A stretch of DNA of 63,361 bases, counting the filler, from Diploschistes diacapsis (taxonomy: Eukaryota), in assembly GCA_023645945.1 (NCBI GenBank). It is 10 parts of 10 records of this genome, joined end to end, with 100 filler letters (N's around TTAATTAATTAA, not from the genome) between each part and the next. Parts side by side here need not be neighbours in the genome. Positions count along the whole stretch, not along the records: positions 1 to 23,806 come from JALAIB010000254.1; 9 more parts are not named here. One strand, given 5' to 3'. This document shows positions 1-11,093 of the stretch, one piece after another. The notes beneath the pieces were generated by a model that ran no database searches, was not told where the DNA came from, and saw nothing but the letters and a program-made list of their open reading frames with translations. The position numbers and the translations under genes were made by a program. Every line of letters begins with the position of its first letter. Within the stretch, counting starts at the first letter, position 1.

Positions 1-2
1 AT

Positions 3-940
3 TTATTTCCTCGTCCCCTCACTGCTCGGCCCCTCACCCTTCTCCGTCGCCAACATCTTCTTGACGCTCTCCCTCTCCCGCATCCTCCCCATCCAGCGCT
101 TGAAGGCCGGGAACTCGTCCTCGCCAAGCTTCAAGGGGCCGCCCTTTCCCGCCTTCACCAGCCCCAAGATGACGTTGTTCCAGGGGAAGAAGGCGAGGTC
201 GGCCCAGGTGCATTTGTCGCCGACGAGCCAGTCGCGGTCCTTGAGGATGGTGTCGAGCACGCCCACGACACGCCTGATTTCGTTGGCGTAGCGCTCTTTG
301 GCGGAGGGGAGGGGCTCGGGGTGGTAGAGATTGAACCTGTTCGGGTTAGCGGGGGATGGGAAGCAGGAGAGGGAAGGGAGAGATGGGTTGAAGTAGTGGG
401 GAACAAGCCTAGAGGGCTACTGCAACGCCAAAGCAGAGGAAAAGGAGGAGGGATGGGCAGGTATACCAGACGGCTTGTCCAAAGTACGGCCCTTGGCCGG
501 AAGCCTGGAAGTACGAGTACTGCTGAAGGAGATGCCTCTCCGGCGAAGAGGCGTAGCTGATCTTGTGGTCCTTGTCGTATTCATCGACGAGGTAGGAGAT
601 TATGGCGTTGGACTCCCAGAGGGTGATGCCCGTGTTGGGGTCGGTAAGAGCTGCCTTGTGTGTCAGATACGGTATGAATTATATGAGAAGGTCTCGGAGA
701 ACTCGCCTGGGAGCCTCCCGTTAGGATTGATGTCGGTGAACGGAGGCTGCTTGAGTTTCGCATAGTCCTCCTTGCTAGTTTGATAGGGAAGTCCAAGTTC
801 CTCGAGGATGATTGTGACTTTGCTGGGGTTGGGCCCGCCGGCTATAGCATAGAATAGCATGGTCAGTACAGCTCAATCGAGGGGGTTTCCAATGGTTGCT
901 GGGGGTTCTGACCGCTCCAATAGAGAGTGATGGGCTGCAT
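3..940 (-). CDS. Glutathione S-transferase (Ure2p/GstA-like), 4 exons
   Basis: Spliced model with exons 940-913, 841-707, 650-467 and 336-3 reads MQPITLYWSAGGPNPSKVTIILEELGLPY...NPNGRLPALTDPNTGITLWESNAII...QASGQGPYFGQ...WLVGDKCTWADL, which are typical fungal GST N- and C-domain motifs. Intron 651-706 has a GC donor. Confidence 0.93.
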
Positions 941-1934
941 CCTGTAAGGCTGGTAAATTGATGCTTTTCAAGCACGTATTAACGTATTAACGATGAATTG
1001 CTGTTTGCCGCTGCTGCTGCTGTTGCTTGGCATGATACACTTCGCAGGTAAATCGAGCTTCTTTATATTCTTTGCATTCCATAGCTGCATTTGTAAGCTA
1101 TAGACAATAAGCTGAGAGGCCATCAAACATCCCGCTCAAGCGGTTATCGAAAGCAACATGGCCTTTGCCTCGGATTGCCATCGACATCTGCTGCAAACAA
1201 TTAGATTAATCAGCTTGGACGTAAAAGAACGTCTGTGCCGTCTTCAATCCTTCTCCTTTCTTGTTTGCATCATCAATTAGGGCATACAATAGCCTGCTAC
1301 TCGTCCGCTTTGACCGCACCAACCGAGGTGCGTTGGAGAACATCTAGTAATTCTGTCTTCTTGTAAGTGACAACGAAAATTAGTATTAAGCTATTTACAT
1401 ACTTCGCTTTTCTCTCACGCTTTCATTGGCCCTATATGAGATAAACTTGTCGGTTCAGGCTATAGATGCTAGTGTTTGTAATTGACAAATTCTACTTATT
1501 AGCGTTGTTTTACAAAGTTCCAAGTCGCTCCGTGATTCACGGGAAAATGAGTTTTCTGCATAGTATAGTGCTGTGCCCTTTTTGTGGAGATACGTATCAC
1601 TATGGAAGACCGCTTAGAAATCGCCCTGATGTAGAATGAAGGCCATAACTTTAAGCATCAAGACTCAAGAGCAAGTAGTTGTTCGCACCCATGGCGGCGG
1701 GACGTCCACCAACACAAGCATCGGCTGACTAAATGCTGCCAGGCAACCAGTTCGCTTCGGACTCCTCCTTGCCGAGACCGACGACATCTCTTCGTATTCC
1801 CAAGGAATATTCACAATGATCAAGTAGACTTCCAAATCTGTGCTCTGTGAGCGGTTTTCATGATCTCGTCTGGCATATTTGACTATCATACATACAGGAC
1901 GCCGTTACTCCCCCGTCCTCCGCCTCTGCCCTAC

Positions 1935-3853
1935 TCACTCTGCCCGCTCCTTCCCCTTCCCCTTCCCCTTCCCCTTGCCGTGGCCCGCCATTGAGACCGA
2001 GCGACCCTCTGCAAGCGGCTGGTCGTCGAGAACCGACATCGGCTGCATTGGCGCCTGACTCTCGATGTTGGCGTTCGAGTCATTGTTTGGCGTCTGGGAG
2101 CCACCCGCAGAGCCAGCCACAAAGCCACCCGCACCAGCACTCACGGCGCCCTCGTCGCTGTGGGCGCTGACAGAAGAGCTGGCGCCTGCAGTAGCAGCCG
2201 GGCTCGCACCCGACTGCGCTGCAGCGCCAGCCTTCTTCTTGCCCTTCTTCTTGTTGTTGCGACGACGGCGCGCTGCCTCCTGGGTCGAGACTTGCTGAGG
2301 ATTGTAGTGAGGGTTCGGCTCGTACGTGACCGACACCTCCTGAGTGACCTTGACCCCGTCCCCCTCATAGACCTCGCCGTTGGGGTCGTACCAGGCCCGG
2401 GCCTCGTATGAGACACCGGGGGTTGCCATGAAGAGGCCGCCGAAGGGGTTGCCAGCGCCGGCGATGGTGTGACTCGGGTTGATGGGCTGAGTGCTCGCTT
2501 GAGTCGTGGCGTTTCCAGTGGGCGCGTTGTGGGAGCCGGTGTTGCCTGCGCTTGGAGTGTTCAGGCTAGAGTTGACAGCCGAAGCGTGAGGAGAAGGGCC
2601 AGTTGAGCTTTCGCCGGCGTTAGTAGCGCGAGTGAGAGGAGCGAGAGAAATAGAGTTGTTGGCGGCACGTTGAGCCTCGTCGTCGTTGCAATCGCATCCG
2701 AAGCAGCAGCCAAGCAAGTTGTTACGAGGCATGTTCCTGAAACTGGACGATTTGATGTAGCTGGTGGCAGAGGCGCTAACGAGGAGACCGGCTTGAATAC
2801 TGTATTCCCAATGTCAGAAGAAGGACTTCATGGACATGTTGCTACGCTTACACTGAGATTCGAAAGAAATTGACCGTTCCGTCTATCAAATTCAGCGTTG
2901 TCCACCTGGAAAGATCATGGATACTTACAGGTGAAGTCTTGTACGTCGCCTAGTTCACCGAAATTGAAGATATTAACTACTGCGCAGATAATCACACTAG
3001 AAGATGTGAGCCTAGGGAATCAGGAGCGATTGTTAGAACTTACCCGAGAAGCAGAATTGGAGGCAGCCAGAGGTCGGTCCGATGCTCGTGCCAGAAAATT
3101 CTCCAGGTGAAAAAGAGGTATGCTACGACAAGCAAAATCTCGGTCGCTGCAGTGTATGCTGTGTGGAAAGTTAGCCGCGTTAACCAGCAGACGCGTTCAC
3201 TTACTGGCTGCGAAGATGGAATATCCGACAAGAATCTGCCTCGGTCTCTCTTCTGCTGGCAGGGTATAATCCCACAGAGCTTGAACTGGAGTTCGCTGGG
3301 TGAAGACAAGAATCACGTCTGCGGTAGCAACGACAGTTTGGAAGACCACTAAGGTATGGAATGCAACTATCCACTTGTTGTAACGCCAGCAAAGCGGAGC
3401 AAAGCGGGTGCAGACTCGAATTGCAAGCGCGATATTAGGCAGCGACTGAGCAAAAGCCGCGAAGGTGTTTGCCAGGAAGCATAATTTCACGGCCGCGACG
3501 ATGTCATCCTGTCCAAGCGAGTTCTGGCGTTTGCCCAAGCCGAAGCCCACGCTGGCACTGAACAGGACGGTGCTGGTGATCTGAAGAACCTATTGAATCA
3601 TCAGTCTCTTTGGTGTGAGTCTTCTTACAAGCTTCCTAGGTCTTACCAAAGATAGGGGAAGGAGGACGTCCCAGTCCACAACGACACGACGATACACGCG
3701 GCGGGTTTGCAGACGTGATATCATGGCTATGAGGACGCACAGAGAAGCCAGACAAGCGACAACCCACATTGAAGCCATGAGCGCAGGGCCCATGTCATCT
3801 ACTAATAGACCGGGTAAATTTGCTGCCTGCCTCAAAGGATCCATCGTTATCAT
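1935..3853 (-). CDS. Pth11-like (rhodopsin-domain) 7TM integral membrane protein without CFEM, long low-complexity C-tail, ~556 aa, 6 exons
   Basis: Five GTAAG...AG introns (3590-3646, 3159-3204, 2997-3043, 2883-2928, 2800-2851) join ORFs 3590-3853, 3197-3550, 3040-3309 and 1935-2732 into one 1671-nt frame. Hydrophobic helices and motifs GFGLGKR, TPVQALWD and QDFTYG resemble Pth11-like receptors. Confidence 0.8.
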
Positions 3854-5020
3854 CTAGAGCTCTAGCAAATAAGAAGCAACAAGCCAGCAAGAACTTCTCA
3901 GAGCACTGTCATACCCTACTGAGATGGACAATTTTTTGAAGACAAAGACGAATTTTCGATATGCAGAAAGATGATGCGTGGGTTGAGTCTACGAAAGAGC
4001 ATCTTCTCTACGGTGTCTTGAATCAACATGGTGCAGAGCAATCTGGGCAATCACAGGTGCAACAACAGGGCAGAAATGGTGACTTTTCATAAAGCGGAGA
4101 CTGGTGTTAGCGGACGCAGTCTGTCGTTCAGTATGCTGAGTCTATCGTCGTGAAGACGCAGGTTATCGTTCAGCTGACTGAGCTCTGCGTTCAAATAGCA
4201 GAGAGATTTCGTGATATCTCCAGCAAGCTTAAGTCCGAGGAGAAAACACAGGGGCCGGTGAATGTGAAGCTGAAAGCAAACATGATTTCTTGCTCTTGCT
4301 GCTGCTGGAAAGGGCTTTGCAAGGCAGTCCAGCGATCGATATTGAGACGGCTTTGTCAGGAAAGCAAGCCATCAATATTGCGATAGCTTTACTATGCAAT
4401 GGGAAGTTTGCAAGAAGATTGGGCCATTATATCGAGACAGCTTCACTACACAAGGGAAGGCTATTCAACGTGCAGTATCTTAGATATTCAGAATGCAGTC
4501 TACAGCTATGCAATTCTTTTCATGGAGCCAACTCAAAAGCCCCTGAGCGTTCAAATTTCCTCTCTCGGCCAAGTGTACCATCCATCTCTCTTAGTCAGAC
4601 AGCTAAACGAGTATGATACCAGGTGTGGCAGAAGCTTGGCGGAAGCGGTCCGGTCCGGTCGCAATATCGACTTCTATCAATCACGAACATACTCCAGATC
4701 GAACAAGATGAATTGTTTCCTTCCTTCACAAAGCCCGGTGCATGCCTACATGGTATTCTGATTGAAATGACCTTGGTTCAGAGAAAGGTACACAGTACAA
4801 TTATGACTTTCCTTCGACCAGCCTCAACCCCTCAAGCATGCACAGCACAAGGATTGTCCCACTACCAATACTGCCGTTCTTGTTGGGAACGACTTCACCA
4901 TCACACTCACACTGGGGAAAGCAAATAGTTATATATTATCCACTTCTTTTTTTAGGGGCTGAATCCACGATCTGGAGAAAGCAGTGGCAAGCTGTCCAGG
5001 ACCTAGAAAAAAGACAAGTA

Positions 5021-5323
5021 TGACACGCTAAACCCATTCGAGGGCCACAACTTGTGGCCCTCGAGTAGGATTAGCGTAGATTAAGTATTTGACCAATCAT
5101 CGAGGCAACCTGAATAATATTCGTACGCTTGTTAAAATATTTATTTTTAGCGGATAATAGATTCTTACTACCGCGGGAGTAGATCTTAAAATAACGATGT
5201 CGAGACTAAATTTGAATAGGCACGCTAAACCGTTCGAGGAAATTACCTTCAACGAGGCCAACTTCCATACAATAACGGTTGTCATCCGGACTAACAGAAC
5301 AACCGGGAATAAAAAGGGTGTCA
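5021..5323. mobile_element. Small AT-rich element relic (solo-LTR- or MITE-like) with a terminal hairpin
   Basis: Ends TGACACGCT...AGGGTGTCA are 8/9 inverted and TG..CA. A 26-bp palindrome lies at 5025-5077, a partial arm copy at 5221, and the interior is TpA-rich. Confidence 0.45.
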
Positions 5324-5948
5324 GCATGTTTCGTTTTGGATGGTGAAACAGCCCACATGGGTCCGTATTGAGATTGCCCGTCCCCCCTTCATCTCAAGTT
5401 TTCAAGCCACCCTAAAGCCACCCCTTCAGCCATTTTTGCTAGGACGTTCTAGCCGATTGACTAGAACTCTAGCTGGAAGTGGGCATGGCTTACTCATCAC
5501 TAATCTAGACCTTATCCAGCACCATCCCGTTTGGCATCGTCCCAGGGTATCCCAGCATAAGCTCCTGGTATGGCCCATGGTCCATGGCCTATGGGCAACG
5601 CTTCGTTCCATCCATCGGGCAGGCTGTGCATCTGATATTGTCCTGTACCGGCTTCTTGTCCCTTCATTTCCTTTCGCTTTTTGCCTTCGCCGCTTGCACA
5701 CGGCCATTGTATATTATATTATATTCAGTATGGCGGTTGTTGTTTCCTCAGCCTTTCTTTTCCCTCTCCACCACTCTCTTTTGCGTTCAGCTCTCAGTTG
5801 CACCTTCACTCATTCAGGTGTACTGGCGGACCGGTCCGTTCTTTTGCTTTCGACAAGCCGTTCATCCATCCATTCTTTGAAACGTCTGTTCTGCTTGCTA
5901 GCAAGCCCATCCATCTTTCAAAAGTGATTCTTGATACCATCGACGAAG

Positions 5949-6938
5949 ATGCGTACCTCAACTCTTCTTCCTGCCGTCTTCGCGGCCGGCTCTCTAGCTG
6001 CGCCAGCCATGGTCACCATCACCGACTGGGTCACTGACGTCGTCTACGTCACTGTGACTGCCGGTGAGCCCAGCGCATCGCCAAAGCCAGTGTCCGGAAA
6101 CAACCAGGACCACCACACCAGGTCTACCACCTGGACAGGGGAGCCCCGCCCGCAGTCATCCACAGGTGCCGCCACTTCCACCTCTGCAGTCGCCACCTCT
6201 TCTTCCTCCGGCTTCAGTTCAACCCCAGCTTCCTCCTCCCCCCAACCCTCCGCCTCCACGACCATGATCATAGTCCCTTCCTCCTCAGCATCTTCCTCAT
6301 CCTCGACCCCAACTGCCGCGGCCTCTGCCTCTACTGCCGCCGCCGCCTCTTCCTCTGCTCCCGTCCCGGCCTCTTCGCCCTCTAGTACCTCCAGCTCCTC
6401 CTCCACCGGTGTTTCCAGCGACGGCTCGCCCCTCTCTGGCGGCGTCTCCATCCTAACGACCATCAACGCCTGGCGCACAGCCTACAACCTCAACACGCTG
6501 ACCTGGGACGCCTCGCTCGCGAACGACGCGCACTCGACCGGGGTGGCCAACAACGGCGGCGACACCACCAGCCTGCACCACCCAGGCGGCTACCCCGATT
6601 CCTTCGCCGAAGTCATCACGCCGGGCATGTCGGACGAGCTGGCGGGCTACAACCTGCAGGGCGACACGCCGTTTGAGCTGGCGTGGGTCAGCTGGCTGTG
6701 CGAGGTGTCGACGGACTCGGAGCTGCAGGCGAGCGGGTTCACGGGCGTAGACCAGTGCGGCGTCGTGAGTCAGGTGCTGAACATGCAGTATTCTGATACG
6801 GGTCATCATGATATCTGTACGAGCAACAGCTATCAGACCGTGGGCTGCAGCTTCGTGAGCAACCCGTCGTTCACGAGTGGAGGTGGGGATCCCTATCAGG
6901 GGCTGTGGTCCTGTGATTTTGGGTTTAGCTCTTCTTGA
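5949..6938 (+). CDS. Secreted Ser/Thr-rich CAP/SCP (PR-1/Pry-like) domain protein
   Basis: Signal peptide MRTSTLLPAVFAAGSLA, then a Ser/Thr linker, then INAWRTAYNLNTLTWDASLA...GHHDI...VGCSF...WSCDF, a CAP-like fold. Confidence 0.75.
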   Translation: MRTSTLLPAVFAAGSLAAPAMVTITDWVTDVVYVTVTAGEPSASPKPVSGNNQDHHTRSTTWTGEPRPQSSTGAATSTSAVATSSSSGFSSTPASSSPQPSASTTMIIVPSSSASSSSSTPTAAASASTAAAASSSAPVPASSPSSTSSSSSTGVSSDGSPLSGGVSILTTINAWRTAYNLNTLTWDASLANDAHSTGVANNGGDTTSLHHPGGYPDSFAEVITPGMSDELAGYNLQGDTPFELAWVSWLCEVSTDSELQASGFTGVDQCGVVSQVLNMQYSDTGHHDICTSNSYQTVGCSFVSNPSFTSGGGDPYQGLWSCDFGFSSS

Positions 6939-7272
6939 GCGGGGATAGGAGGAGTTGGGATGGTGGGTAGACAACTCGGCTTGGATTTGTGAAGAGGATG
7001 GAGGAGGAGGAGGAGGTAAGAGTTTACGTTCACTGTAGATAGTAGATGCTTTTTTGCGAGAGAGTTTTGAATATATGAAGGGCGGAAAAAGAACGGAGAT
7101 GTATGTATATCCATATCACTTGTATGTATATAAATATATGTGCACATATGTACCATACATACCATCACATTATGTGTCCAAAAGGCAAAGCCTCAAGCAA
7201 CCCATCGCCGCACCGGCACATGCTAAAGCAACACGTACAGATCCAGCCATACTCCCTCTCTTTTTTCCCCAC

Positions 7273-7396
7273 CACACACACACACACACACACAACAGTG
7301 ACCCCTTTGAACCCGCTACCTTTACTACTGCCCCCAAATAACACCCCCATCCTTTTATGCCTCTCCAACAAGTCCACACACACACACGCACACACG

Positions 7397-7437
<41 letters not shown>

Positions 7438-7492
7438 ACAAATTCCCCCTCAAAGCGCCGATACACCAGAATGCATGCATGCATGCATGCAT
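7273..7492. repeat. (CA)n and (ATGC)n microsatellites
   Basis: CA runs at ~7273-7293 and ~7375-7433, and an ATGC run at ~7470-7492. Confidence 0.9.
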
Positions 7493-8055
7493 GGGCGTGC
7501 GCCACCAACCCGGCGAATCGTCTTGTATTGTATCGTATTGTATCGTGTAGGGGCGGGCAGGGGGGTCAATATCTGTATCTATCGCAAGCGTGTGTGTGCG
7601 TTACAAACCGCAAGAGGGGAGGGAGGAGGTGTTTCAAGGAGGGAAAAACGGGAGATACTTGCTTTCCCCTCTCGGCCGCCTCAGTTGGGCTTGAGTGGGG
7701 TATCGTGCGTTGTGGCGGCGCTTTGGCGGGATGGGTGTGCGTGCGTGCGTGCGTGCGTGTGTGTGTGTACACGTATGCATATGTACCTTTTTTTTTTTGT
7801 GAATGTTGCGCTTGATGGGGGCGGGGGGGATGTATGCTATCTGAGATGTTGGGAATTCATGACGAAGGAAGTGGTGGGGGATTAAGTAAGGCGCTATGTG
7901 ATCTGTTATTGAATAATCTATCAGCCATTAAGTGAGGCGTTATTGTAATCTATTATTGAATATCCATTAGCCAGTGTGTACGACGCGCTGGAACGCAACA
8001 GCGCTCGACGACGAAACAAGCCCTTCCCCCTCCTCATCGCGACGCTGCAACGATG

Positions 8056-9723
8056 CTACCAATGATGCCGTCCAGGCTGGTACGGCACCTCCGGCACCTC
8101 ATCCTCCCCTGCGTCCACATGGAGCGACGTCGGCCGCAACGCCGGCCGCAACGCCATCTCGGACACCCTCTCGTCCCTAGCGTGGGCGTTGAGACGCGTC
8201 GGCCTGTCCCCCTCCAGCTGCCCAAGGACGCCGTTTCTGTTCCCGCTTCCATCCGCAAGCGCCGTCGCCAGCCGCGCGAGGCTCGCAGTGCTCAGCCGCA
8301 TACTGGCCGCTGCGGCTCCCGCTCCTGCTCCAGCACTCTCGCTCGAGGACGAGTGCATGGTTCTCTGCCGTAGCGGCCATGTTGCTGAGAAGGTGCTGAA
8401 GTAATCGGTATTATCTGTCCCACGCCTCGTCGCAGGCGCCAGCCCTACCTCCTCGATGCGCCGGATAACCTGCATTACCTCGGGGTGTTGCTGTTCATTG
8501 AAGCGCAGACTCACGTCCGGCAGGAGGGCGGTGGAGCGGTTGCTTCTCCGTCTGAACAGGGGCCTATCACCCTCCCGAAAATGACTCGAGTTGCCGTTCT
8601 CGATGGCGGTGGTGGCTTGTGATATTCTACCCGTGGTGGCGGTCGAGGTGCTCGGCTGCCGACTTGGCAGGGGCGGTAAGTATTCGAGCTGGATGGGGGA
8701 CTCGCGGTCGATGGAAGCGCGGTAGGTGGCGTCCAGTAGGTGCGCGCCTAGGAACGCCGTAGCGTTTCGAATGCGTTCGATGACTGCACAAGGTGTTTCT
8801 GGAGGGGAGTCCGGCGAGGCAACTGAGGAGGGATCGGAGCGACGCTCAAGAGGCGGCTGCGCCTGGTTGGATTCGCGAGGGGAGGTATGCAGGGCTTGGG
8901 CACTCTGCTGGCGGACGCAGAAACACCCCGGCAGGCAGTGGCACCTGCGGCGCCGCTGCGCATCCCGGCGAAGTGTCTTTTCACGGCGGAAAGCAGTAAC
9001 TCTCTGGCGCTTGGAAAATATGGATGCTGAGGCGGAGCTTCGGTTGAGGACTTGTCTTGGTACCGGTGCGTCTTCTAGTCGCGAGCCTTGGGCGCTTTTG
9101 GATGACTCTTGGGGCGGGACGTCAGGAAATCTTCCTATATCCCTGATTGCGGTACCTTCTCCAGCTGAGGAAACACTCGTCGTCTGCTGGGGCCGTATGA
9201 GACTTTTTAAGCTGCCTGGACGCCGCAAGCTTCGGAAAAGGGAAGCGAGTCTCTGGCGCAGCTTTCGTGGACTTGGTCTTTCCCGGTTCGTAACGGAAGG
9301 CTTAGGGCGAGCCTGACGCAGGGGCAATCCTTCTCTGTTGCCCCCTACCTCCTCATGGTTCGCGTCGGAGCCGTGTTCTGAGCCTAGTTCGCCTGCATGA
9401 GACGGAGAAGGAGGAGAGGAGAAATTTATCGAAGTAGAAGCTTGTCGACTCGGACGGCGAGCCCTGGAAGAGTCCGCTTGCTCAGCATTTGTGCAAAAAA
9501 TAGTAGTGCCTTCGGTCGACCCTGTGACATTCTCCCAAGAGGATGACGTAAGAACAGAGGCGAGCGTCGTCTGCGTCGAATTTCCACCAAGACCGAATAG
9601 TGGGTACGTACAGTGCGTACAGAGAATTCTTTGATGTGATGCAGTGTCACCCAAACCAATAGGTCTGGCAGTATGAAGGTGATGGCAGCGGTTACACGTT
9701 CCATGAAATAGAAACTGCGGCAT
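8056..9723 (-). CDS. Hypothetical protein with N-terminal Cys/His cluster, mostly disordered
   Basis: 555-aa ORF with CNRCHHLH...CTHC at the N-terminus and an internal CHCLPGCFC. Confidence 0.65.
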   Translation of the reverse strand: MPQFLFHGTCNRCHHLHTARPIGLGDTASHQRILCTHCTYPLFGLGGNSTQTTLASVLTSSSWENVTGSTEGTTIFCTNAEQADSSRARRPSRQASTSINFSSPPSPSHAGELGSEHGSDANHEEVGGNREGLPLRQARPKPSVTNRERPSPRKLRQRLASLFRSLRRPGSLKSLIRPQQTTSVSSAGEGTAIRDIGRFPDVPPQESSKSAQGSRLEDAPVPRQVLNRSSASASIFSKRQRVTAFRREKTLRRDAQRRRRCHCLPGCFCVRQQSAQALHTSPRESNQAQPPLERRSDPSSVASPDSPPETPCAVIERIRNATAFLGAHLLDATYRASIDRESPIQLEYLPPLPSRQPSTSTATTGRISQATTAIENGNSSHFREGDRPLFRRRSNRSTALLPDVSLRFNEQQHPEVMQVIRRIEEVGLAPATRRGTDNTDYFSTFSATWPLRQRTMHSSSSESAGAGAGAAAASMRLSTASLARLATALADGSGNRNGVLGQLEGDRPTRLNAHARDERVSEMALRPALRPTSLHVDAGEDEVPEVPYQPGRHHW

Positions 9724-10217
9724 ACTGCTTGGAGAGTATTGAATAGGTGCTTCGTGAATAGGGAAATCGATCTGAGCTGTTGGCCATATACAAAATGCAG
9801 TTAAAGGTTGACTTTGAGCCTAAATCAGTGTTGACATGAGAAACGCAACTTACAGGAGCGAGCAGTACATATTTAAGAGATAGACAAGGTTCGGCCTCTA
9901 CCGCGGTCGCCATGAGCTTGACACCGACACGATACATTCCGTAGGATGCAGTGTGCATGCAAAGGAAGACTCCGACATTGAGTGTTGTAGGTACGATAGC
10001 TTCCTAGGCGGTGCCGGCGCTGTGTGTGTTGATTGGCTGGTAGACGGCTGGCAGAAAAAGGGAATCGCCTAGCTTGCGCACCACTACCCTCCAAAAGTCA
10101 CAACGCCAAGCAACAGTTGACGTTGGGATGGAAGCTTTTCATGAAACCTTCTAGAAGGGTTTACAGCTGTCGCGGCGTCACCCTTGTGCCCTGAGCGTGT
10201 CGCACAACTTTCCATGC

Positions 10218-10534
10218 ATTAACGATTAATACAATTGATCAGTCCCATTGCCCATTAATTAGTTATAATTAACGACCATTAACCGGATTCAAAGAATTCA
10301 TTATCATCCCCCAACCTTTTTTTATTTTTGGCATTATTTTGATCCGATATTATTTTAACAACGTAATTAATTAACCGGATTTGGAAATTTTATCATTTTC
10401 CTCCCCACTTTTTCCGTTTTTGGCATTATTTTAATAAATGAAAAATTCTTTTTTCCGCGTTTCGTCAATCCGATGTTATTTTAATTTCGTTAAATAATTA
10501 ACAAAGGCCGTTAATCCTTTACTGACTCGTTAAT
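10218..10534. repeat. AT-rich intergenic relic with internal direct repeats (possible MITE)
   Basis: Ends ATTAACGA...TCGTTAAT are inverted. TTAACCGGATT, TTTTTGGCATTATTTT and ATCCGATRTTATTTTAA each occur twice. Confidence 0.4.
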
Positions 10535-11093
10535 CTGTCACTGCATGGGTTCAAGTTGCACTGAAGAATCTTGCATTTGCCTCGCGATGCACGAAATTTC
10601 TACTGGAGCGTGCAAAATAAGCGAGTTTCTGAAACAGGGGACGGCACTTTCGCCAACTACGCCCGTGCTGGTGGATCCCTGTGAGCTCATAAGGGGGTTG
10701 ACTTCAAAAGGTCAAAGGGGTTCTTTGTCCCGGTAAAGTTGGCACGATCAGATCTTCCTTCTCTGATCTAGTCTTGATCCCATGATTCCCACCCAAGCCA
10801 CCTTGCCAATCCTTCTATGTGCTTTAACCTGCGACGCTCTTGGCGCGTAGATTGCCCGGTGGTGGCATGGAGGGGGGCGGGGGGGGCGTTGTGCATGTCT
10901 CGGAGTGAGACGGTCCTTAAAATAAAGCTTCAGATGAAGGAGCTTAGAAATGGATAAGCTTTTGAATTCAATGAAACCTTTCACGCAGCCAGCTCAAGAC
11001 ATCGCTGGCCGGTGAATGCGTGACGTGCACGGAAAGTGGGTTATGCTAAGTTGCTATAAGGTTGCCATTGGTCTGATCTTGAGTATACCGGTC

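Noticed and set aside
7054..7885. ORFs of 88-260 aa rich in HT/CV
   Set aside because: They arise from CA/GT microsatellites that lack stop codons.
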